From an uncultured bacterium (GTDB taxonomy: Bacteria; Abyssobacteria; SURF-5), in NCBI GenBank assembly GCA_964510165.1, contig CAZEBC010000066.1:1-18675 (forward strand): a DNA stretch of 18,675 nucleotides, in the 5' to 3' direction. Both the position numbers and the translations under genes were made by a program. Positions 8,401-15,380 of the stretch are shown here, piece by piece. A model generated the notes under the pieces. The model made no database searches. It was not told where the DNA came from and worked only from the letters and a program-made list of their open reading frames with translations. The first letter of the stretch is position 1. Every line of letters begins with the position of its first letter.

Positions 8401-9114
8401 ACACTTGAGACGCTGGCGACAAACAATGAAGAGGCGGCCACATGGAGACAGAAACATCTCATCTGGTTCTACCTTGGACTTGGCTTGGAGCAAACCGAAC
8501 GCATCACCGAAGCCCGCATCGCCTATATGCGCGCTCTGGAAATTGTACCCGCCCATCGGCCGAGTCTGCTGCGTCTCGTCGGCCTGACGCCGTCCGATTC
8601 CGACCATTACCGCGAGCGCCTCGCGTCGCTGACGCCAGAGGTTTTATGCGAGGTCAACTTCGGAGGGAAACTGGTTTTTCTCGGATATTCACTCTCGAAA
8701 AGAAAACACCCTATCAATGTGGGTGGACTCGCGATCGAGCGCGAGGATTGGTTTATCACATACTACTGGCAGTTCACTGATCGAATGTATCCGGGGTACC
8801 ATCCCGCAGTGCACTTCTGCGATGAGCAGTGGAATATTTTGTTTCAAGACGACCACAGGATCGTGGCCGAAGGGAATCCGTATCCAGCGGATTTCGCTCG
8901 AAACGGCGAGGTTGTTGTTGAGAGGCGGCTTCTGCGGGGTGATCCCGAGGCCGCCACCTATCTGCGGGTCGCGGTCCGTACGGATTCTCCTCCCAGGTAT
9001 CTGGAGAAGAACCTCGTGCATGACTTGGGCCAAGCTGGCCCGGTCCAATTGGCGTTGGAATTCAGGCCAGAATCACATGCCGGCGAAATTCTCGCGCGAC
9101 AAATGATTCGGTAA
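5440..9114 (+). CDS. O-antigen ligase (Wzy_C) family membrane protein fused to TPR-like repeats and a C-terminal beta-rich domain; candidate oligosaccharyltransferase
   Basis: The N-terminal ~520 aa are multi-TM with ligase-family motifs GTFHNKNHFAG, SLSRTG, PLFGTGLGTF, FLHNDWLQ..EMGLLG and HSFLDYNL. TPR-like units follow (KALENQPRNPEY, KAIETAPTEARYH, RLGRYREA, YLGLGLEQ..RITEARIAYMRALEIVP). The C-terminal domain begins VNFGGKLVFLGY. The exact start is uncertain (GTG5440 or ATG 5449/5479/5488). Confidence 0.85.
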   Translation: MHRMRVVGSLCRKMKRMPSRNTERTYARKGGIDIAIEAILIATLVLSPLALGSVAPWARSLLMLVGLLLFNLWLLRSVLAGEISIMKSPAWILVALFIVLAFIQVIPFPPGVLRILSPAAWHSYSEALGERFPAGSVRTLSLNPYYTLREIMRLAAVGMVFFMVLNSARARWQVKGLAFALMAVGSFEALYGLAEQFSGHKHIFWLARQHHLEAVTGTFHNKNHFAGLLEMVIPLTLGCLVALDRSRARDSSARASGLGKQITLAALTIIMIVAVFFSLSRTGIVCVIASIAALLLIAAAQAHFRGYAFAVIAIGAAVATIAVAIGIDYVIAAVGDVAGGQSASWIERLILARGALALIRDYPLFGTGLGTFAGTFGGYQSPHFADAWVNFLHNDWLQIFCEMGLLGGAIVVAGTLWVVHRLFKSIRRQDDTFLRWMATGALLGVLSMLFHSFLDYNLSRITSNGIAFAATLGIGIVAANMEAGQERFIGGFWRLRLGQLPVRMAVVSIGLGASVCALPALLKSAAADISFNRYLAETTGKTEDYFFLPVCTDASDEDGDSGVKHLLKALENQPRNPEYLYHCALYSLRCAEEFLRCESKRRAVALLGPASKKGEPELEHVATALANNLRPLTIAERSPHLVTALDFMNKAIETAPTEARYHIACAKILAELNGYTQARREVETALLFAPASPDVLLESARILVTGDDESSDSNTEAVSLAQSYLRATMYANPSYAERVYSLARSMDERQALLFSITPPSLKAYEALYLTCWKSGQWDAALDCLDALDHMADRRQALGVHVALADIEKMAHVAASGEPIKGAAAYDPRTPLHIKASIAQRRGVIFGILGRWDERSGAAASYRTCMREGDEKLRLEAERLQRLGRYREAAATYLDILERDWSDPGALLELAELASLPGMADSMPQWNGPLDLLYRLVINATELSPDTYEQALRLLDGHSLRGPYDTVTGAFIRGAGAILAGRPEEGISTLETLATNNEEAATWRQKHLIWFYLGLGLEQTERITEARIAYMRALEIVPAHRPSLLRLVGLTPSDSDHYRERLASLTPEVLCEVNFGGKLVFLGYSLSKRKHPINVGGLAIEREDWFITYYWQFTDRMYPGYHPAVHFCDEQWNILFQDDHRIVAEGNPYPADFARNGEVVVERRLLRGDPEAATYLRVAVRTDSPPRYLEKNLVHDLGQAGPVQLALEFRPESHAGEILARQMIR

Positions 9115-9140
9115 GGACTCGTTTAGAGGCAATTCTCTGC

Positions 9141-9206
9141 AGGGGGTCCCGCGAGACGCGGGATGCGCCCCAGCGCGAAGCGGCAACCCCTTATCATCGC
9201 AAGGGG
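9141..9206 (+). other. Intergenic stem-loops upstream of the priming transferase
   Basis: TCCCGCG-AGA-CGCGGGA (9147-9163) and CCCCTT-N8-AAGGGG (9187-9206). Confidence 0.35.
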
Positions 9207-9233
9207 CTCTCGGAGGGATGGAAAGGCAAGACG

Positions 9234-10646
9234 ATGCTCAGAGAGAAGAACGATCTTTTGAGAAGGGTCCAGTTGTTTCTGGACGTGGGAATCACTGCCT
9301 TTTCGTTTGTTCTTGCCTATCATATTCGCAGCAATATGAAGAGCTCTTTGCCTGCCATCAGTCCCATCTCCTATTATCTTTTCCTCCTCTATATCATTCT
9401 GCCCGTCTGGGCGTTTCTGTTGCGATACAACAAGGCATATGCAACGGTCAGAACGCGGGCGCTCCTCAGAGTGCTGGCCCCTGTGGTCAAGACCGTGATT
9501 GTCGGCGCCGTCCTGCTGATGAGCTTCATGTATGTCTTCAAGATTCAGACAATCAGCCGAACTCTGATCGTGCTGTTCCTCATTCTTAACGGCGCATTGC
9601 TGGTGTTTGAAAGAGTGCTCCTCTATGCCTTTCTTCGACACATACGGACGAAGGGGCTCAACTACCGGACCATCCTGATTGTCGGGACGGGCCGCAGGGC
9701 AAAGGCGCTCGCGCAATACATCCGGAAACACAGCGAGTGGGGGCTCAAGATCGTGGGCTTTGTTGATGATGACCCTGCCCTCGTCGGCAGAGAACTCGGC
9801 GGCTCGCGAGTCATCGGCGCGTTGGATGACATGCAGGACATTCTCATCAATCGCCAGGTTGACGAGGTGATTTTCGTGGTCCCCAGGAAATGGCTGGACC
9901 GGATAGAGGAAGCTGTGCTGCTATGCGAGCAGCTCGGGAGAAAGGCGCGGATTGCGGCCGACCTTTATCCTCATGAGATCGCCCGCATGCAGATGGAACA
10001 ACTGCGCGACTGGCGGTTCCTAAGCTTCAACCCGACCTCGCGCCTCGACGAGGTATCCGCCGTCAAACGCGTCGTGGACGTCGCCCTATCCTCGGTCATT
10101 CTCCTGCTGATGTCGCCGCTCTTCCTGTTGATCGCGGCGGCCATCAAGCTCACGTCCGATGGTCCCGTCTTCTTCAAACAAAAGAGGGTCGGCCTGAACG
10201 GGCGTCAATTCAACATGCTGAAGTTCAGGACGATGCTAAGAGACGCCGAACGCATGAAGGCAGAGTTGCAAGCCCTCAACGAAGTCTCGGGACCCGTGTT
10301 CAAGATTCGGAAAGACCCCAGGATTACGCCCATCGGCAGAATCCTGAGAAAATACAGCCTCGACGAACTGCCCCAATTCATAAACGTGCTCAAGGGAGAC
10401 ATGAGCGTTGTCGGCCCCAGGCCGTCCATCCCGACCGAGGTCGACGCTTACGACCTGTGGCAGAGACGCAGGCTTTCCGTCCGCCCCGGCATTACCTGCC
10501 TGTGGCAGGTCGGCGGAAGGAACGCTGTGGATTTCGAAAACTGGGTCAAGCTGGACCTTGAATATATCGACAATCTGTCGCTGTCGCTCGACTTCAAGAT
10601 CATCCTGAAAACGATACCGGCGGTGTTCACCGGAAGCGGTATGTAA
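9234..10646 (+). CDS. Priming undecaprenyl-phosphate glycosylphosphotransferase (WcaJ/GumD/WbaP-type, Bac_transf domain)
   Basis: Four N-terminal TMs and a Rossmann-like segment ILIVGTG. The catalytic domain reads KRVVD...GPVFFKQKRVGLNG..F..LKFRTM...DPRIT..G..LRKYSLDELPQFINVLKGDMSVVGPRP...RPGITCLWQV. Sugar specificity cannot be read from the sequence. Confidence 0.95.
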   Translation: MLREKNDLLRRVQLFLDVGITAFSFVLAYHIRSNMKSSLPAISPISYYLFLLYIILPVWAFLLRYNKAYATVRTRALLRVLAPVVKTVIVGAVLLMSFMYVFKIQTISRTLIVLFLILNGALLVFERVLLYAFLRHIRTKGLNYRTILIVGTGRRAKALAQYIRKHSEWGLKIVGFVDDDPALVGRELGGSRVIGALDDMQDILINRQVDEVIFVVPRKWLDRIEEAVLLCEQLGRKARIAADLYPHEIARMQMEQLRDWRFLSFNPTSRLDEVSAVKRVVDVALSSVILLLMSPLFLLIAAAIKLTSDGPVFFKQKRVGLNGRQFNMLKFRTMLRDAERMKAELQALNEVSGPVFKIRKDPRITPIGRILRKYSLDELPQFINVLKGDMSVVGPRPSIPTEVDAYDLWQRRRLSVRPGITCLWQVGGRNAVDFENWVKLDLEYIDNLSLSLDFKIILKTIPAVFTGSGM

Positions 10647-10647
10647 C

Positions 10648-12027
10648 ATGCACACGCACTCTCAAGTTGAAGAGAACCGCGTCAGACGGAGGTCGTGGGA
10701 CCTGTCGCTTTTCGGCGGCCGCCTCGATGTTCATATGCGGGAGTTGATTGAAGGCGCGTCCGTTGCCCTGGTTCTGAAAGTGGCGGGCGCGGGCCTGGCA
10801 TTCTCCTTCAATGTCGTCCTGGCGCGAATGCTGGGCGCGGAAGGCGCCGGCCTTTACTTCCTCGCGCTTACCCTGGCGACCGTGGCAAGCGTGTTCGGCA
10901 GGCTCGGCCTCGACAACGCGCTCCTTCGATTCGTGTCGGCCAATGTCTCGATCAGCGATTGGCAGGCCGTAAAGGGAGTCTATCGAAAGGGTCTTTCGCT
11001 GGCGATAGTGGCCTCGGCGGCATCCTCGGTGCTCATGTTTCTTGCTGCTCCGCTGCTCGCGGAACGGGTCTTCTTCAAGCCCGCGCTCATTTGGCCGCTC
11101 CGGTGGATGAGCCTTGCGGTCCTGCCCATTACCCTCTTCACGCTTCATGCAGAAATACTGAAGGGCTTGAAGCGGGTGCGCGACTCCATATTGGCTCAGA
11201 GCGTGCTTGTGCCCGCCTTCTCACTGGCGGGACTGTTCGTCCTTGCCCGACCGTGGGGTGTGAACGGCGCGGCGTGGGCATACACAGGAGCAGCGGCGTT
11301 ATGCGCGTCGTTCGGCTATCTTTCATGGCGCTCCTCCACTCCACAATTGACGGGAGTGGCTGCGAGGTTTTCAACACGGGAACTCTCTCAGAGCAGTATG
11401 CCGCTGTTCTGGAGCGCCTTGTTGAACCTCGTCATGATGTGGGCGGGCACGTTCTTCCTCGGCGTGTGGGGCACGGCCACCGACGTCGGCATTTTCAGCA
11501 TCGCCATGCGCACGGCGGGCCTCACGAGCTTCATCCTCATCGCCATCAACAGCGTGGCAGCCCCCAAGTTTGCCGCCCTCTACAAACAAGGAGACACGAA
11601 AGCGCTCGCTTCCACGGCCCGCAATTCCGCCAAACTGATGACCCTGCTCGCCGCGCCTGCGCTGTTGCTGTTCCTCCTCCTTCCCGGATGGGTAATGAAG
11701 GTTTTCGGAGCGGAATTCTCCGGCGGCGCCGCGGCGCTCGCAATCCTCGCCATCGGTCAGTTTGTCAACGTCGCCACCGGCTCGGTCGGCTATCTCCTGA
11801 TAATGAGTGGACACGAGCGCTTGATGCGCAACGCCGTCTTCGCGGCGGCGATCCTGAATGTGCTTCTGAGCATCTGCCTGATTCCCCTGCTTGGATTGTT
11901 GGGGGCGTCGGTTGCTTCGGCCTTCAGTTTGGCCTTTCAAAACATATGCGCATATTGCTTTGTCGTAAGGTCGCTGGGGATTTCCACGATTCCCCTGCCC
12001 GGCTCAGTCAAGGAAGAGAAAGCATGA
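10648..12027 (+). CDS. wzx: Oligosaccharide flippase (Wzx, MOP superfamily)
   Basis: About 12 or more hydrophobic segments. Motifs LARMLGAEGAGLY, RLGLDNALLRFV, DVGIFSIA.R, APKFAALY, LLIMSGHER and LIPLLGLLGA. ATG10648 begins 1 nt after the upstream stop; ATG10735 is an alternative start. Confidence 0.9.
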   Translation: MHTHSQVEENRVRRRSWDLSLFGGRLDVHMRELIEGASVALVLKVAGAGLAFSFNVVLARMLGAEGAGLYFLALTLATVASVFGRLGLDNALLRFVSANVSISDWQAVKGVYRKGLSLAIVASAASSVLMFLAAPLLAERVFFKPALIWPLRWMSLAVLPITLFTLHAEILKGLKRVRDSILAQSVLVPAFSLAGLFVLARPWGVNGAAWAYTGAAALCASFGYLSWRSSTPQLTGVAARFSTRELSQSSMPLFWSALLNLVMMWAGTFFLGVWGTATDVGIFSIAMRTAGLTSFILIAINSVAAPKFAALYKQGDTKALASTARNSAKLMTLLAAPALLLFLLLPGWVMKVFGAEFSGGAAALAILAIGQFVNVATGSVGYLLIMSGHERLMRNAVFAAAILNVLLSICLIPLLGLLGASVASAFSLAFQNICAYCFVVRSLGISTIPLPGSVKEEKA

Positions 12028-12947
12028 TCTTGAAGGCAAATTCAGAAAGCCCGCGCTTGCCGAATTTTTTCATTGTGGGCGCGGCGAAATCCGGTACCAC
12101 CTCACTCGCCGACTATCTGGGCCAGCATCCCGATATCTATATGTCGCCCGTGAAGGAGCCGTTCTTCTTCGTGCCAGACACGGGCCTAAAGGACTACGGC
12201 GAATATCTCAAATTGTTTAAGAAATCCGGCGACGCCAAGGCGGTGGGGGAGGCCTCGACGGGCTATTTGTTTGATGAAAGCGCTGCACGTTCGCTGCGCA
12301 AGCATTTCCCCGACGCCAGGATCATCATCATTTTGAGAAATCCCGTAAACATGGCGTTTTCGTATTGGCAATACATGCAGGTTATCGGCAACGAGGCGAA
12401 GTCATTCGAGGAAGCCATTAGTGAGAGGGAACGCGCGTACAGGATGACGGAAGAGTTCAAGAGATCCTGTGTCAACTGGTGGGCGAGCTATATCTATCTG
12501 GACAGGGCTCTCTATTTTGGGCAGGTCAAGAGATACCTCGATTTGTTCGGGCGGCAAAGGGTCAAGGTATATGTTTTCGAGGAGTTCTTCGCCGACCTGC
12601 CCCGGTATTGCCGAGACGTGTTTGAGTTCCTTGGCGTGGCCCCCGATTTCACGCCAGATTTCCGGGTCGTGAACGAGGGAGGCGTAGTCCGATCCCAGTT
12701 GATCAAGAAGATCCGGAATGGCCGTTATCCAATCGCAAAGAGGGTCCTTCCATTGTCGCAGAGGCAGAATCTCCGAAACTTTCTCCTGCGTATTAATCTG
12801 AGAAAGGACAAGCGCGTCAGCATGCCCCCTGAAACGCGGCTCAAGCTGGAGGCCTTCTTTCAAGAAGACATATGGAAACTGGAGCGATTGCTTCGTCGCG
12901 ATATACTGGCATGGATGCCGAAACAATGCTCAATAGTCCCTTCATGA
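12024..12947 (+). CDS. PAPS-dependent sulfotransferase 1 (307 aa), resembling the heparan-sulfate sulfotransferase-domain type
   Basis: ATG12024 overlaps the wzx stop (ATGA) and is preceded by AAGGA. 5'-PSB loop PNFFIVGAAKSGTTSL, then HP.I, KEPFFF, GEAST.Y, and 3'-PB motif ILRNPV..AFSYW. The track's start at 10959 is a shadow-frame extension. Confidence 0.92.
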   Translation: MILKANSESPRLPNFFIVGAAKSGTTSLADYLGQHPDIYMSPVKEPFFFVPDTGLKDYGEYLKLFKKSGDAKAVGEASTGYLFDESAARSLRKHFPDARIIIILRNPVNMAFSYWQYMQVIGNEAKSFEEAISERERAYRMTEEFKRSCVNWWASYIYLDRALYFGQVKRYLDLFGRQRVKVYVFEEFFADLPRYCRDVFEFLGVAPDFTPDFRVVNEGGVVRSQLIKKIRNGRYPIAKRVLPLSQRQNLRNFLLRINLRKDKRVSMPPETRLKLEAFFQEDIWKLERLLRRDILAWMPKQCSIVPS

Positions 12948-12957
12948 GAGGAGCTCG

Positions 12958-13950
12958 ATGGAGACTGTTAATCCTTTTTTCATAATAGGCGCTCAGAGGT
13001 CAGGCACAACGTTGCTTCGATTGATTCTGAACGCGCATTCCAAGATGGCAATACCCGAAGAAGGAACGTTTTGGATGCCTCTTATTCGGGCGAGACGCCG
13101 CGATTATTCCAGGCCGATTCGGGGAAAGCTGCTCAATCGATATGTTGAATACATCGGGAGGAACAGCCAGTTCCGCGCTTGGAAAATGGACGCTGGTGAA
13201 ATGTTCAAGGACATTCTGTGTCGAAAAGAGGTGACCCTGAGAGAGTTAATGGAAGCATTATATCTGCAATACGCTCAAGCAAACGGCAAGCTGTACTGGG
13301 GAGACAAGACGCCGAGTTTCTTTCGGATGATAGATGAACTGTCGCAGATATTTCCAGCCGCAAAGTTCATACACGTTGTCAGAGATGGGAGAGATGTCTT
13401 CTTGAGTTTGCGAAACAGAGACCCTCGGAGGAACAACATCGCCTTGGCGGCGCTGGAGTGGAAATACAAAGTGCTCAAGGCGAGAGATTCCCTCAGCCGC
13501 TTACACTCGGACCGAAAAATAGAAGTGAAGTACGAGGAGATATTGGCGCAGCCGGAAGACGAAATCGGGGAGTTATGTAAGTTCGTCGGCGTGCCCTTCG
13601 AGCGCGGCATGCTTGATTATCATGCGTCAAGCGGCAACTTCATCGGTCGCCAGCATTCCGATCTCATTTTCAAGCCGATTTCCATGAGCAACTCAGGCAA
13701 GTGGAAAGCCCAACTGACGCCAGAGGAGAAGCAGACGTTTGTCTGTGTAGCCAGCGACTGTCTTAATCTTCTTGGATATGAGACTGCCTGCGCTGCCAGG
13801 CTTCAGATCAAAGCGAAGGCTAAATCAATGATGAAGCTCGGCCTGGGCCTGCCCTGCAGAAGCATGGAGGTCGGTCTTACGATCGTAAGGCTCGGCTTGT
13901 CCTCTCGCCTGGGGTTGGCAACTGACGCTGCGGGAAAGGGATCGGAATGA
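12958..13950 (+). CDS. PAPS-dependent sulfotransferase 2 (Sulfotransfer_3 / TPST-like type)
   Basis: AGGAG upstream. 5'-PSB motif PFFIIGAQRSGTTLLRLILNAH, then WGDKTP, 3'-PB motif FP.AKFIHVVRDGRDV..S, and VKYEEIL..PE...LCKFVG. Confidence 0.93.
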   Translation: METVNPFFIIGAQRSGTTLLRLILNAHSKMAIPEEGTFWMPLIRARRRDYSRPIRGKLLNRYVEYIGRNSQFRAWKMDAGEMFKDILCRKEVTLRELMEALYLQYAQANGKLYWGDKTPSFFRMIDELSQIFPAAKFIHVVRDGRDVFLSLRNRDPRRNNIALAALEWKYKVLKARDSLSRLHSDRKIEVKYEEILAQPEDEIGELCKFVGVPFERGMLDYHASSGNFIGRQHSDLIFKPISMSNSGKWKAQLTPEEKQTFVCVASDCLNLLGYETACAARLQIKAKAKSMMKLGLGLPCRSMEVGLTIVRLGLSSRLGLATDAAGKGSE

Positions 13951-15380
13951 CGCCTTCTTCGGCTCAGCTCGGATGCGAATCGCCCATGGAAGAAACGGCA
14001 ATTCAAGTTCCCTATTCGGGCTGTTCTGATCGCTCGCTTGTTTCCAAGGCCAAGAAAGCGGCGATGTTGTTTCTCGTGCTACTGCCGTTCCAGAAGTTCC
14101 CGGAGACCGTGTGGGCTGGGAGATTTCCGGAGGGTGTTGATTATCATTCCATTATGCCGTTCCATATAATGGCGTTACGATATTTGGATGAGGTCGCGAT
14201 CTTCCTTTTCTCCGCCGTCCTGCTCACGTTCCTTCTCCTCAGTCCCGGAAGATACAGAGTGAAGCGTCTTCCCTTTGTGGCGTACATTGCGTGCTTTGTC
14301 GTGATCACCGGAGCCGAATTGCTCATAAATCGCGTTTCCCCGCTGCAAGGGGTTTTCGCGACGTATGATTATATCAAGAACTTTATCGTCTTATGCCTGT
14401 TCAGTTGGCTCAGCTTCACTGAGGATGACTTCAAAGACATCCTCGCTCTGCTGAGGAGGATAACGCTTGTGCTGGCTCTCTTCGGCATTGCCGGAGAAGC
14501 GGCGGCGATGATGTTCGAATCGGGGATCGGCTTGCTTGTGGCGGACGATCAAAGGTTTGGGCTGTACCGCGTCATTTCCCTCACGGGCGCCGGTAACTGG
14601 AACTATCTCGGCGTCTATGCCGCGCTGATCTTCTTCCTTACCTACATCACTGACCGCAAACGGTTCATGAATTACCTTGAACTGTTCTTAATAGGCTCAT
14701 TGATAGTCTTGACCTTTTCGAGGCAGACCTGGATCATTTTCGGGGTATTATTTTTACTCCTCGGAAAGAGGCGTACGGTCGTCATCGCCTCAGTCGCGAT
14801 GGTGTATGTCGCGATCGGACTTGCTCCACATTTCTCGGAGATCGCCGAACTCGCGAATTTTAGGACTTCGTTCGATCCCGATGAATATTTCAGGCTTTAC
14901 GCCTTTTACGAAGCAACGAGTCTTTTCTTTGACAACCCGATACTGGGCGTCGGTCCGGGCATGTTCGGCAACCTCGCTTCTGTCATCTTCGACAGCCCGA
15001 TATACGATTACTGGCCCGCTTACTTCAGAAATTTCGCCGTGCAAACCAGGGGAATAGACCAGTTCTGGCCTGCTCTTTGGGCAGACACCGGCATAGCGGG
15101 CACGCTTGCATTTGCACTAATATTCGCGGGCATCTATGCGGCCCTTTACCGAGCGTCTCGCATATATGAGCGCTTGGGCAATCGTGGAATGGTGCGGATG
15201 GGAAGGGCTTTGTCCTTCTTTCTGATCGGGTTGGGAATCATGGGACTATTCGGCGGTTTGAACGCGGCATTCGTCAGTTTCACATATTTCGCTCTTGCAG
15301 GAATGTATCTTTCAAGTTGTCCCGATTCGCCTGAACCGTCGTGGGAGCGCACGCTCGATGAAGGTCCTGCTGGCCAATAA
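13947..15380 (+). CDS. wzy: Multi-TM Wzy/O-antigen-ligase-superfamily protein, probably the repeat-unit polymerase
   Basis: ATGA overlap with sulfotransferase 2. About 10-12 TMs. Motifs NYLG, LTFSRQ, FRL, PILGVGPGMFG and DQFW....DTGIAG. It lies among the repeat-unit genes. Polymerase rather than ligase is an inference. Confidence 0.7.
   Translation: MTPSSAQLGCESPMEETAIQVPYSGCSDRSLVSKAKKAAMLFLVLLPFQKFPETVWAGRFPEGVDYHSIMPFHIMALRYLDEVAIFLFSAVLLTFLLLSPGRYRVKRLPFVAYIACFVVITGAELLINRVSPLQGVFATYDYIKNFIVLCLFSWLSFTEDDFKDILALLRRITLVLALFGIAGEAAAMMFESGIGLLVADDQRFGLYRVISLTGAGNWNYLGVYAALIFFLTYITDRKRFMNYLELFLIGSLIVLTFSRQTWIIFGVLFLLLGKRRTVVIASVAMVYVAIGLAPHFSEIAELANFRTSFDPDEYFRLYAFYEATSLFFDNPILGVGPGMFGNLASVIFDSPIYDYWPAYFRNFAVQTRGIDQFWPALWADTGIAGTLAFALIFAGIYAALYRASRIYERLGNRGMVRMGRALSFFLIGLGIMGLFGGLNAAFVSFTYFALAGMYLSSCPDSPEPSWERTLDEGPAGQ

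Noticed and set aside
10959-12023. 355-codon N-terminal extension of sulfotransferase 1 overlapping wzx (possible frameshift fusion or overlapping gene)
   Set aside because: The translation is Arg/Gly-rich shadow-frame sequence, expected in GC-rich genes with few third-position T. ATG12024 has an RBS and an ATGA overlap, and I saw no slippery heptamer near the wzx end.
15295-15357. Upstream TTG start for the first GT4
   Set aside because: It would overlap wzy by 86 nt; ATG15358 gives the typical GT4 start MKVLL with an RBS.
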